The notes under the pieces were generated by a model. That model saw nothing but the letters and a program-made list of their open reading frames with translations, did no database searches and was not told the DNA's origin. From positions 556,581 to 620,580 of the forward strand of contig MU008158.1 in the NCBI GenBank assembly GCA_010909165.1: a stretch of 64,000 bases of DNA, read 5' to 3'. The stretch is from Anthoceros angustus (Eukaryota > Plantae > Anthocerotophyta). Shown here in pieces: positions 48,566 through 60,506 of this stretch (positions within the stretch are counted from its first letter, which is position 1; each line of letters opens with the position of its first letter). The translations under genes were made by a program, and so were the position numbers.

Positions 48566-48756
48566 CCTGCTGCATCTGCTGCTCCACCTCCTGCTCCCGC
48601 TTTCCTGCACTGCGCTGCTCTCCCGAGCAACCAACAACGCCTTTCCCTCCCCCGAGTCGGGCCTTTTTCGTTTTATACCAATTCCAAGCTCCACTCTGCA
48701 TATGCCAGTCTGCAACAACTTTTTTTCATCTCCACCATAAGGGTGGAAACGATATT

Positions 48757-48764
48757 TAGGGTTT
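48757..48764 (+). promoter_or_regulatory. Telo-box (TAGGGTTT) in the 328-bp COG1/PRP16 divergent promoter
   Basis: Exact reverse complement of AAACCCTA between two head-to-head start codons. Confidence 0.45.
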
Positions 48765-48893
48765 TCCCTTTCCCATTAAATGGTAGTCTCGTCGCCTCAT
48801 TCTGTTTCCAGCACGCCTGGAGACCGCGCTTTGCCGAGGCCTTGCTATGGCGTGAGAGTAGAAGGTGCTCGCGGCCTTCAGATCAAAGCGTAA

Positions 48894-51800
48894 ATGGCCG
48901 GCTTCAAGGTGGCCGGATTCGCTCAGGTTCTGGAGCGGCTGGAGGCGGAAGCGCCGGCATCAGGAGGTCTCCAGCAGCCTACTGGCGCTGAGCGAGTGGT
49001 GTTCAAAGTGCCGGCTGAACGGAAGTCTGTTCTAGGGCTTGATGCCCTGGCTCGAGCCAAGAGAGCAGCCGAGGGAGAGCTGCCCGGCGCCGGGGCCAAG
49101 CGGACGCATGTGGAATCGGAAGCAGCATCAGCAGCAGCTCAAGACCGGGATATCGATGATCAGCGGGAGCAGCAGGAACAGGAGCAAGGTCACGATGAGG
49201 AGCAGGAGAAATTGCAGGAGAGGAAGGCGCCTGGAAATGGAGCTCACCCGGGGCCGAGCAGCAGGATCGTGGCGGGGAGGAATTACCGTAGCCTGCGCCC
49301 GCCGGACACGCCGTCTCATCCAGGAGGAGTGAACGAGGATGTGGCCGCCGCCATTGCCAAGCGGGCCAAGGACAGGCGACCGCCGCTGGATCCCGCTCGG
49401 AACCGCGGGAGGGACGACCGGTGGAACCCGGGCGGTGACCGGCACAGGCCGCCACGGAGCGAGGATCGGAGCAGGGAACGGGACAGGGATTGGAGGGACG
49501 GGAGGGAGCTGGGTTCGCGGAGCAGCGGGAGCGGGAGCGGGAGCGGGAGCGGGAGCAGCAGGGGGTCGAACCAGCACCAGCGGAGGAGCTCGAGCTCGGC
49601 GTGGGACGATGGGAGGTGGGAGTGGGAGGACACTCCTCGGCGGTCAGGATCGTCGAGGGAGCACTCCCGGGGGCCTCCGTCGCCTGCGCCGTTTATCCCG
49701 CCGTCGCCGGCGGAGTCGCTCCTGGTGTCGCCTTGGGGCGGGGACACTCCCTACGACCGGGGCGTCGGCGTGGGACATGGCGTCGCCTGCCCCGGAGAGG
49801 ATACGGGCCGGGAGCGCGGCGTCGAGGGAGAGTTCCGGGAGTGGTGGGCGGAGGGAAAGGCATCACATGACGTTCAGGCAACAGGGGAGCTCAGCGTCTG
49901 GGGATGGGCAGGAGATTGTGTTCCGGAGCAGGAGGCAGCTGACTGAGGAGGAGATGCGGGCGGAGATGGAGGCTGCGGAGATGGTGTCCGACAGGTCGTG
50001 GTACGACCGGGATGAGGGGGGTTCCACTGCGTTCGAGGCGGAGGGGAGCGAGCCGTTTTTGGGCGACGAGGCTACGTTCAAGAAGAGGGAGGCTGAAATG
50101 GCGAAGCGACTGACGCGGAGGGATGGGTCGCAGATGAGTCTGGCTCAGAGCAAGAAGCTCTCGCAGCTGAGTGCGGATAATGCGCAGTGGGAGGATCGGC
50201 AGCTTCTCAGGTCGGGGGCGGTGCGGAGCACGGAGCAGCAGACGGAGTTTGATGACGAGGAGGAGAGCAGGGTGATTTTGCTGGTGCATGATACCAAGCC
50301 ACCGTTTCTGGACGGGAGGGTGGTGTTTACCAAGCAGTCTGAGCCCGTGATGCCGGTTAAGGATCCCACGTCTGACATGGCTATTATTGCGAGAAAGGGT
50401 TCTGTGCTTGTTCGGGAGATTCGGGAGAAGCAGAGCCAGAACAAGTCCCGGCAGCGGTTCTGGGAGCTTGCTGGGTCGAAGTTGGGGAACATTCTGGGGG
50501 TTGAGAAGACGGAGGATCAGATTGATGCTGACAATGTTGAGGTGGGTGATGAGGGTGAAGTTGACTTCAGGAAGAACAACAAGTTTGCGACTCACATGAA
50601 GGACAATAAAAGTCAGGCTTCCAGTAACTTTGCGAGGGAGAAGACTTTGATGGAGCAGAGGCAGTATCTGCCGATATTTTCTATAAGGGATGACCTTCTC
50701 CAGGTGATTAGGGACAACCAGGTGATAGTGGTTGTTGGAGAGACGGGATCTGGAAAGACTACTCAGATGACTCAGTATCTGCATGAGGATGGATATACTA
50801 GGAACGGCATGATTGGTTGTACTCAGCCCAGGCGTGTGGCAGCGATGAGTGTTGCTAAGCGTGTCAGTGACGAGATGGATTGTGAGCTAGGTGAGAAGGT
50901 TGGATATGCTATCCGATTCGAAGATGTCACTAGCGACAAGACTGTCATCAAATACATGACAGATGGTGTGCTTCTTCGAGAGACGTTGCGAGAGTCTGAC
51001 CTTGACGGTTACAGTGTGGTGATTATGGACGAGGCCCATGAACGATCTCTGAACACGGATGTGCTGTTTGGCATTCTGAAGCAGGTTGTGGCACGCCGAC
51101 GAGATTTTAAGCTCATTGTGACTTCAGCGACTCTGAATGCTCAGAAGTTCTCCAATTTCTTTGGGAGTGTTCCTGTATTCCATATCCCAGGGCGAACGTT
51201 TCCTGTGAACATTCTTTACAGCAAGACTCCTTGTGAAGATTATGTGGATGCAGCAGTCAAGCAAGCCATGGCAATACACATCACCTCTCCGCCAGGTGAT
51301 ATTCTCGTTTTTATGACTGGCCAAGACGAAATTGAGTGTTGCTGTTTTGCACTAGCAGAACGAATCCAGCAATTGGAGGACAGCTCAGACAAGGCAGTGG
51401 CTCCTCTGTCAATTCTTCCCATATACTCTCAATTGCCAGCTGACCTGCAGGCCAAGATATTTCAGAAGGCAGATGATGGTGCTCGCAAGTGTATAGTGGC
51501 CACCAACATTGCAGAGACATCCTTAACTGTGGATGGTATTTACTACGTCATTGACTCGGGGTATGGAAAGATCAAAGTCTACAACCCGAGAATGGGTATG
51601 GACGCGCTACAAGTTTTTCCGGTGAGTCGTGCAGCAGCAGATCAACGCTCTGGCCGAGCAGGCCGTACGGGTCCAGGAACTTGCTATCGCCTCTACACGG
51701 AAACAGCTTATCAAAACGAAATGTTGCCGAATCCGGTGCCAGAGATTCAACGCACCAATTTGGGCAACGTGGTTTTGTTGCTGAAGTCTCTCAAAATTGA

Positions 51801-52767
51801 AAACCTGCTGGACTTCGATTTCATGGACCCACCACCACAGGAGAATATTCTGAACTCCATGTACCAACTGTGGGTTCTGGGTGCTCTGGACAATGTAGGT
51901 GGGCTCACGTCTTTGGGACGGAAGATGGTGGAATTCCCTCTCGATCCATCTCTAGCAAAAATGCTCCTGATGGGGGATGAATTAGGCTGTGTGAGTGAGG
52001 TTCTGACCATTGTGTCCATGCTGTCAGTTCCTTCAGTCTTCTTCAGGCCAAAAGACCGTGCTGAAGAGAGTGATTCTGCAAGGGAGAAGTTCTTTGTGCC
52101 AGAAAGTGACCACCTTACTCTCCTAAATGTGTACCAGCAATGGGAAGCTAACCAGTGTCGGGGTGATTGGTGCAACGATCATTATCTGCATGTGAAGGGC
52201 CTTCGTAAAGCTCGAGAGGTGCGTTCTCAGCTTCTTGACATTCTGAAGATGCAAAAGATAGCACTGTCTACATCACCTTCTGATTGGGATATGGTGCGGA
52301 AGGCAATTTGTTCATCTTATTTCCACAACTCTGCCCGTCTCAAAGGTGTTGGTGAGTACGTGAACTGCAGGACGGGCATGCCCTGTCATCTCCATCCAAG
52401 CAGTGCCCTGTATGGGCTCGGATATACACCGGACTATATTGTCTATCACGAACTTGTCCTGACCTCAAAGGAGTACATGCAATGTGTCACAGCTGTTGAG
52501 CCGCAGTGGCTTGCAGAGCTGGGTCCAATGTTCTTCTCAGTGAAGGACTCCAATACGTCGAGACTTCAACAGATTCGGAAGCAGCGAGAGGAAAAGACAG
52601 CTATGGAGCAGGAAATGGATGAGCTACGGAAGAGGCAAGCTGTGGAAGAGGAGATGAAGAAGGAGAAAGAACAGGCAGCACGACAGAAGGAGAAGCAGAC
52701 ATTGTCCACTTTTAGCCGGAGAGAACCTGGAACGCCAGCTCGTACTCCCAGGCGGCTGGGCCTGTAG
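48894..52767 (+). CDS. PRP16: Pre-mRNA splicing DEAH-box helicase PRP16/DHX38, apparently intronless, with a +1 frameshift near 49750
   Basis: N-terminal [14 protein letters not shown] and WEWEDTPRR (ORF 48894); [38 protein letters not shown] and HA2/OB regions (ORF 49339). Confidence 0.95.
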
Positions 52768-53386
52768 AGATGGGATCATCTCCAGATTAACTGCAGACTT
52801 GCAGTCGGGCACTTGATCTTTTTTTCACGACCTCAGTATATGCTCCTGGGTGTATTGTATGTCAAAAGTTTTTCCACAGTTTCGGTCCGATCTGTGATTT
52901 TTTTCGTTTGTAGGATCACTTCCTGTCATCAATTGCTTGGAACATTCCTTCCAATCGTGGTTGATTGTGGAGGTTCACTGTGTGGTTTCTCAGGCTTTAC
53001 ACATATTTGTCGAAGAGAAAAGGCTGTCAACGGCTGAACCAAGGGTGTTTATGTGACAGCTATTTGAGCTTAGGATTTTCTAACGGTGAGATGGGTAACA
53101 ACCTTGAATGGTTACTTAAGTTATCACTACTATGTTTGAGGTGTGCTTCGGTGGTGGTCTGATGAGGCTGCCTATCTCCTGTCACAGTTTTGCAGCCGCT
53201 GGAAGAGGACGGACATCTAGGTGGTGCTGTATGGCAGGCTGGATTGTAGTGACGAGGGTAACTGAACGAAAGCGTACCGTCCAAAGCTTGTATATACATA
53301 GTGAAAGCCTGTAGCTAGTATGAGTGTGATTTTGTTAACTCGAGCGGCGTCTTGCATACACCGCAGCTCTTATTAGGCAGTGAGCC

Positions 53387-55510
53387 ATGTCAGTGTGGAG
53401 TGTGGTTGCACTCGAACCATCCAAATTGCAAGAGAAGCCGTTGTGCATCCGATTGAGTGTTGTAGGAACAGCTCCCTCCCGTCTAACCTCCTCCAGGAAC
53501 CAAGGCTCGGGACGCAGGCATTTTGGGAGGTGGACCATATCTGCAATCAGCCTAGTCCCAGCCCGTCAAGCTGCTCTGGATGGTCGCTCTATCTCCTACA
53601 AGAGCTTGCCGGAGGAGCGGCCGGAGTACGGCAGGCGCGTGTCGGGCAGAACTGTGAGCAAGCTATGCCAAGACGGCCATCTCACTGAGGCCGTTGAGGC
53701 TTTGGAGTTTCTGGTGCACACCGGCCGTTCTGTCTCCAAAGCTTTCCTCTACGCAGTCCTGAAGAAATGTGCAATCAAGAAGGAACTTGGTCTGGGAAGC
53801 CGCGTCCATGCTTTGACTGTGAGAAAGGGGTACCAGGCAGACCCGTTCCTGTGCAACCACATACTGCGGATGTATGCTTCTCATGGCAGGTTGCAAGACG
53901 CGATGGATGTGTTTCAAGGTGTTGCCTCACCGGATGCCTTCATGTGGTCATCCATAATCTCTGCGCATGTTAAGCATCGACGAGATGGGCAGGCCGTAGA
54001 ACTGTACCATCGGATGCGCAGGTCCAGCGTGAAGCCAGACGGGCATGTGTTTGTGGCAGCCCTCCAGGCTTGTGCCAGGAGCGGAGACTTGAAGTCCGGC
54101 CAGCGGGTGCATGCTGATGTTTTGGCCAGTGGCCTTGAGCCTGATCTATTCGTCTGTAGTGGCTTGGTGGACATGTATGCAAAGTGTGGCAGCTTGGAGG
54201 ATGCGAGGGGTGTGTTTGACGGACTTGGAGCGAAAAATGTGGTAATATGGAATGCTATGATCGCTGGCTATTCCCAGCATAACATGGGCCAGGAAGCCCT
54301 GCGTCTTTACAGTGCTATGCAAGAAGAAGGCAAGGCACCCAATGGCGTTACATTTTTGGCTGTGCTGCAGGCATGTGCAAGTGTTGGCACCCCGGCCTTG
54401 GAGAAGGGGAAGCAGCTTCATTTAAAGATCAGGGAACTAGGGCATGAAGCTGATGTATTTGTAGCCAGCAGTTTGGTCAACATGTATGCAAAGTGTGGGA
54501 GCGTAGAAGACGCGCAGACGGTGTTTGACAGGCTTGGTCACAAAAATGTGGTCACATGGACTGCCATGATAGCAGGATATTCCCAGCAGGGGATGGGCCA
54601 GGAAGCCCTTCGTCTTTACAGTGCTATGCAACGAGAAGGATTGGCGGTACCCAATTCTGTGACATATATGTGCCTCCTCCAGGCATGTGCAGATGTCGCA
54701 GCTCTGAATTTAGGAAGGCAGCTTCATGCACAGATTGTAGATCAAGGGCTTCAGGCTGATGTGTGTGTAACCGGCAGTCTGATTAACATGTATGGGAAGT
54801 GTGGGAGTATGGTTGATGCACAGCAGGTGTTCGACGCGTTGCGTGAAAGAGACCTTGTCGCCTGGAGTGCACTGATTGCAGGCTACACCTATCAGGGTGA
54901 AAGTGAAGTGGTCTTTGGCTTAGTACAAAGAATGAGAGAGGATGGACGGCAGCCAGACAGCATCACATTCCTCAGTCTACTAACAGTATGCAGCCATGCG
55001 GGTCTGGTGGAGAAGGGCTGGGAGTACTTTCATGCCATGGCCAGCCAGCACGGCATCACTCCTACAGTGGAGCACTACGCTTGCATGGTGGATATCCTGG
55101 GCCGTGCAGGACGGTTGGACGAGGCACTGGCGTTGGTGAACTCAATGCCTGTATTGCCTACTACTGCAGTTTGGCACACACTGCTGGGTAGTTGTCGAAA
55201 GTGGAGGAACGTGGATGTGGGACGTCATGCTTTCAATGAAGCAGTGAAGATAGACAAGAAAGATGCCGCAGCACATGTGTTGATGTCAAATGTCTACGTT
55301 GGTGCGCATATGTGGGAGCTTGCACGGAAGATACAGGCGAGGAGGAAAAAAATCAGGGCGTGGAAGCAGCCAGCGCAAAGCTGGTGGACAGACAAGGACG
55401 GACTTGTGCACAGTTTCTTGGTTGGGGATGAAAAGCTTCCGGAGAATCGGACAAGTGTGACTCTTGAACTTTCGAAGGTGAAGGGTACATTCGGTATCGT
55501 ATGTATCTGA
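53387..55510 (+). CDS. PLS-class E+ PPR protein (PPR4), shortest paralog
   Basis: 707-aa ORF with leader MSVWSV..., P-L-S triplets, E1/E2 and WKQPAQSWWTDKDGLVHSF. Confidence 0.93.
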   Translation: MSVWSVVALEPSKLQEKPLCIRLSVVGTAPSRLTSSRNQGSGRRHFGRWTISAISLVPARQAALDGRSISYKSLPEERPEYGRRVSGRTVSKLCQDGHLTEAVEALEFLVHTGRSVSKAFLYAVLKKCAIKKELGLGSRVHALTVRKGYQADPFLCNHILRMYASHGRLQDAMDVFQGVASPDAFMWSSIISAHVKHRRDGQAVELYHRMRRSSVKPDGHVFVAALQACARSGDLKSGQRVHADVLASGLEPDLFVCSGLVDMYAKCGSLEDARGVFDGLGAKNVVIWNAMIAGYSQHNMGQEALRLYSAMQEEGKAPNGVTFLAVLQACASVGTPALEKGKQLHLKIRELGHEADVFVASSLVNMYAKCGSVEDAQTVFDRLGHKNVVTWTAMIAGYSQQGMGQEALRLYSAMQREGLAVPNSVTYMCLLQACADVAALNLGRQLHAQIVDQGLQADVCVTGSLINMYGKCGSMVDAQQVFDALRERDLVAWSALIAGYTYQGESEVVFGLVQRMREDGRQPDSITFLSLLTVCSHAGLVEKGWEYFHAMASQHGITPTVEHYACMVDILGRAGRLDEALALVNSMPVLPTTAVWHTLLGSCRKWRNVDVGRHAFNEAVKIDKKDAAAHVLMSNVYVGAHMWELARKIQARRKKIRAWKQPAQSWWTDKDGLVHSFLVGDEKLPENRTSVTLELSKVKGTFGIVCI

Positions 55511-55653
55511 TAATTGGTGCAGGCACAGGGCGAAGCTGTCGACCTTGTACGCCCTAAGCAACACTTCCGAGATGACCATAATAAATGTGAACTTCTCCTC
55601 ACTGTTACATCATGATGAATTGAGTCCATGTCGAGAGCTTGTGGTTAACAGTC

Positions 55654-55786
55654 GAACACTCCGTGCGTCATACCACAAAATGAGACACTCCGTGAGTCAT
55701 ACCACAAAATGGAACACTCCGCGTGAGTCATACCACAAAATGGAGTTCGAACAGTCTGTGAGTCATATCACAAAATGGAGTTCGAA
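55654..55786. repeat. Four imperfect 29-37-bp direct repeats (gtgagtcataccacaaaatg core)
   Basis: Copies start near 55654, 55684, 55712 and 55749, immediately left of the large array. Confidence 0.85.
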
Positions 55787-56135
55787 TGAAATGATGGTAA
55801 ACATCTTGTACTGATTCTATGCATCAAACAATTCAAATGTATCCTTTCTAACCACTCTGACGCACGCAACCGTGGCATCCTCGGACTATCATGTACATGA
55901 TGGGAGTGGGTCGTCCCGGGACTCATGGCGCGATTCTCTCGTCCCGAGAATGTCATGTATGAGTCGCGGTGGTCCGTCGTAGGACTCCTGACGCGCACGA
56001 GTGGAACGATAACTTTGAAGAAGGTTTTAACATAACGTATAAAAATATGGATTATCTAGCTAAATCCGGTTGGTTACATAGGACTTTGAGGCTCCTTGGC
56101 TTCCGTGAATAGAGTATTTCAACTGAGTTTTATAG

Positions 56136-56743
56136 CTAGTGACCACGAAGCAGGTTAATGCAATTGTAATGACTTCCTCCGTCGTACCATATGGTGATGG
56201 TACGTGAATCATTCTTGCGCGCTTTGGTGGGCTCATACGTCTGCGGGGCATGACACCGCCTCGCCTCCACATAAATGCGGATGGGTCGGTGTAGAACCTG
56301 CTAGCATCGATCTCGAGTTCGCCGCCCCACTCCGTGCTCCTCTTCATCCTTTTGACATAGTCGGTGAAGTCCCCTTCGACTACATCCTCGTAAGTCCGCT
56401 TTGTCTTTCCAACTCGGCAACGGCCGGAGGACGCCCGCCACACGCCTGCCTCGTCATCCAACGGTGGTTTCAACCATGGAAGTTTGAGGCTGCCACGGAG
56501 CGGAATAGGCACTTGCCGTCCCAACGCGCCCAACTTCGTACTCATCTTGTTTGAGTATCCGAGTTCCTTTAGGTGCTACAAAGGGACCAAAAATAGTTGT
56601 CGGCGCCGTCTTTTCACGCTTGTTCACTACTTTTGATGGTGTACATGTGTCGCGTGTCTTTGTTCTCTTGCACGTTTTGCCGCCTCCACCTTGGGCGATG
56701 CATCCAAGTCCCATAGTTTGCGTTTAACCCCAACGCGCCTCAT
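56136..56743 (-). CDS. OTU-domain cysteine protease, array copy A (frameshifted as assembled)
   Basis: Pieces across frames: MRRVGVKRKLWDLD..., DGKCLFRSVA, YVKRMKRSTEWGGELEI, IWYDGGSHYNC. Confidence 0.7.
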
Positions 56744-58330
56744 CGATTCTCTTGAGTCGCAAGACTAGCTGCAATTTGTCTCTCAAGCTTTCAATGTTGC
56801 CAAGTCAAGAAAAACTTTGTGCCTAGTTTTAGAACCGGGGCCCTACTTATACCTTTGAGCTATAACGAACGCACCATGCTCCAAGGAGAAACATGTCCTT
56901 GACCTTCGACACATGTAGTTTTATTTAGAGAATGTCGACACATGTGATTTGGGGCATGAGAGGAAAAATCCGGGATCGGAAAATTAATGCACCAAATTCT
57001 CTAGAAAAGCGACAAAGCTTGCAGCAGTGACGCTCAATAGTAGTGACCGTTGAGACTTCTTGCGGGGCTTGTTGGGTCAGATTGACAAAACTCTATTGCA
57101 AGTGTTTTGTGTCCGGCGATTTAGATCGATCTTGCTCCACACGCATGTTACTCCGCCTCCTTTGATCATGACCTCATCCCGGGGTGGCATGTCGGGATTG
57201 TTTTGTCCTGTGAGTCATGACGCGTGAGTGTCGCATCCCGGAGTGGTGCGTCCGTGCGTCGGTTGTTCCGTTCACAATGTGGACTTAGTGGATGGGTGGA
57301 CTTGCCTTTAGGCATTAATTACGAGGCCTACAAAGATTTAACACTGGTCATCTTAGCTCTAGATGACGCTACGAGTTTGGTTTCGCATAATATTTAGTCC
57401 TAAGTATGGACATCATGCCCGCTCCTCTCACCCATCCACTCTTCCCAACCTTCCTCATCTCCATTGACACACGTGAAACCTTTGGTGCGCTTGCTTGGGA
57501 AGTCTTCAAAATCCGCAACCTCTTGACTACGGCGATGCATATGACTCCACGGAAGTTCCATCGTAGCTGCGGTCAGCATGCGAAAGATTGGTATCAAAAC
57601 CACGCGAGGCGTACTCGTGCACGCGCGCATGCATGATTACCACGACTCGTGTTTGCATGTGATCATCATTGTGATCTCTATGCTCGTGCCTCGTAAGCGG
57701 CGGTGGCCGTTTGGAACATGGGGAACAATGGTCTCCCTTGCGGACATCCGGTGATCGCACAATTGTAGATTCGTGTGAATTCCTAACTCATTGCGGTTGG
57801 ATGTGCAACGATCGCAAATGATGCGCTTTACAATGCAATGCTTTTACTCTATCGTCACTGCCTACCTATGTACTACAAAGTGAGACCAAGGTCCAAGGAA
57901 GAAAAAAATGAACCAATCAACGGTATAACTTACGATATTTCAAGGCCCAAGAAGATATCCTCCACGATTGCTTGCGGCTTAATTGTTTGAATCACTTTGT
58001 GTTGCTGAAGTTTGCAATTGCCCGTCGATGCCACTCGGGTGAGTTTAGGTGTACACCATCCCGGAGTGCCGATGTGCGCAAGTGTCCCGTCCGGAGGAGT
58101 TGTGTATCGCGAGTGTTCCGTCAAGGAATCTTGGCGCACGCAACCGTGCCATCCCGGGACTCTCGTGTACATGATCCCTAGGACTCGACGCACGAGTGGA
58201 ACGATAACTTTGAAGAAGGTTTTGACATAACGTATAAAAATATGGATTATCTAGCTAAATCCGGTTGGTTACATAGGACTTTGAGGCTCCTTGGCTTCCG
58301 TGAATAGAGTATTTCAACCGAGTTTTATAG

Positions 58331-58939
58331 CTAGTGACCATGAAGCGAGTTAATGCAATTGTAATGACTTCCTCCGTCGTACCATATGGTGATGGTACGT
58401 GAATCATTCTTCGCGCTTTGGTGGGCTCATACGTCTGCGGGGCATGACACCGCCTCGCACTCCACATAAATGCGGATGGGTCGGTGTAGAACCTGCTAGC
58501 ATCGATCTCGAGTTCGCCGCCCCACTCCGTGCTCCTCTTCATCCTTTTGACATAGTCGGTGAAGTCCCCTTCGACTACATCCTCGTAAGTCCGCCTTTGT
58601 CTTTCCAACTCGGCAGCCCGGCCGGAGGACGCCCGCCACACGCCCTTGCGTCTCGTCATCCAACGGTGGTTTCAACCATGGAAGTTTGAGGCTGCCACGA
58701 GCGGAATAGGCACTTGCCGTCCCCAACGCGCCCAACCGTACTCATCTTGTTTGAGTATCCGAGTTCCTTTAGGTGCTACAAAGGGACCAAAAATAGTTGT
58801 CGGCGTCTTTTCACGCTTGTTCACTACTTTTGATGGTGTACATGTGTCGCGTGTCTTTGTTCTCTTGCACGTTTTTGCCGCCTCCACCTTGGGCGATGCA
58901 TCCAAGTCCCATAGTTTGCGTTTAACCCCAACGCCTCAT
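58331..58939 (-). CDS. OTU-domain cysteine protease, array copy B (frameshifted as assembled)
   Basis: Same motifs as copy A, with frameshifts at different positions. Confidence 0.7.
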
Positions 58940-60506
58940 CGATTCTCTTGAGTCGCAAGACTAGCTGCAATTTGTCTCTCAAGCTTTCAATGTTGCCAAG
59001 TCAAGAAAAACTTTGTGCCTAGTTTTAGAACCGGGGCCCTACTTATACCTTTGAGCTATAACGAACGCACCATGCTCCAAGGAGAAACATGTCCTTGACC
59101 TTGACACATGTAGTTTTATTTAGAGAATGTCGACACATGTGATTTGGGGCATGAGAGGAAAAATCCGGATCGGAAAATTAATGCACCAAATTCTCTAGAA
59201 AGCGACAAAGCTTGCAGCGGTGACGCTCAATAGTAGTGAGCGTTGAGACTTCTTGGGCTTGTTGGGTCGATTGACAAAACTCTATTGCAAGTGTTTTGTG
59301 TCCGCGATTTAGATCGATCTTGCTCCACACGCATGTTACTCCGCCTCCTTTGATCATGACCTCATCCGGGGTGGCATGTCGGGATTGTTTTGTCCTGTGA
59401 GTCATGACGCGTGAGTGTCGATCCCGGAGTGGTGCGTCTGCGTGCGGTTGTTCCGTTCACAATGTGGACTTAGTGGATGGGTGGACTTGCCTTTAGGCAT
59501 TAATTACGTAGGCCTACAAAGATTTAACATCGGTCATCTTAGCTCTAGATGACGCTACGAGTTTGGTTTCGCATAATATTTAGTCCTGTTAAGTATGGAC
59601 ATCATGCCCGCCTCCTCTCGCCCATCCACTCTTCCCAACCTTCCTCATCTCCATTGACACACGTGAAACCTTTGGTGCGCTTGCTTGGGAAGTCTTCAAA
59701 ATCCGCAACCTCTTGACTACGGCGATGCATATGACTCCACGGAAGTTCCATCGTAGCATGCGATCAGCTCGAAGATTGGTATCAAAACCACGCGAGGAAC
59801 GTACTCGCGCGCATGCATGATTACCACGACTCGTGTTTGCATGTGATCATCATTGTGATCTCTATGCTCGTGCCTCGTGGCGGTGGCCGTTTGGAACATG
59901 GGGAACAATGGTCTCCCTTGCGGACATCCGGTGATCGCACAATTGTAGATTCGTGTGAATTCCTAACTCATTGCGGTTGGATGTGCAACGTCGCAAATGA
60001 TGCGCTTTACAATGCAATGCTTTTACTCTATCGTCACTGCCTACCTATGTACTACAAAGTGAGACCAAGGTCCAAGGAAGAAAAAAATGAACCAATCATC
60101 GGTATAACTTACGATATTTCAAGGCCCAAGAAGATATCCTCCACGATTGCTTGCGGCTTAATTGTTTGAATCACTTTGTGTTGCTGAAGTTTGCAATTGC
60201 CGTCGATGCCACTCGGGTGAGTTTAGGTGTACACCATCCGGAGTCTTGATGTGCGCAAGTGTCCCGTCCAGAGGAGTTGTGTATCGCGAGTGTTCCGCCC
60301 AAGGAATCTTGGCGCGCAACGTGCCATCCCGGGACTCTCGTGTACATGATCCCTAGGACTCGACGCGCACGAGTGGAACGATAACTTTGAAGAAGGTTTT
60401 GACATAACGTATAAAAATATGGATTATCTAGCTAAACCGGTTGGTTACATAGGACTTTGAGGCTCCTTGGCTTCCGTGAATAGAGTATTTCAACCGAGTT
60501 TTATAG

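Noticed and set aside
49339-49946. Two long overlapping plus-strand ORFs suggesting dual coding
   Set aside because: Explained by one frameshift in PRP16 within very GC-rich sequence.
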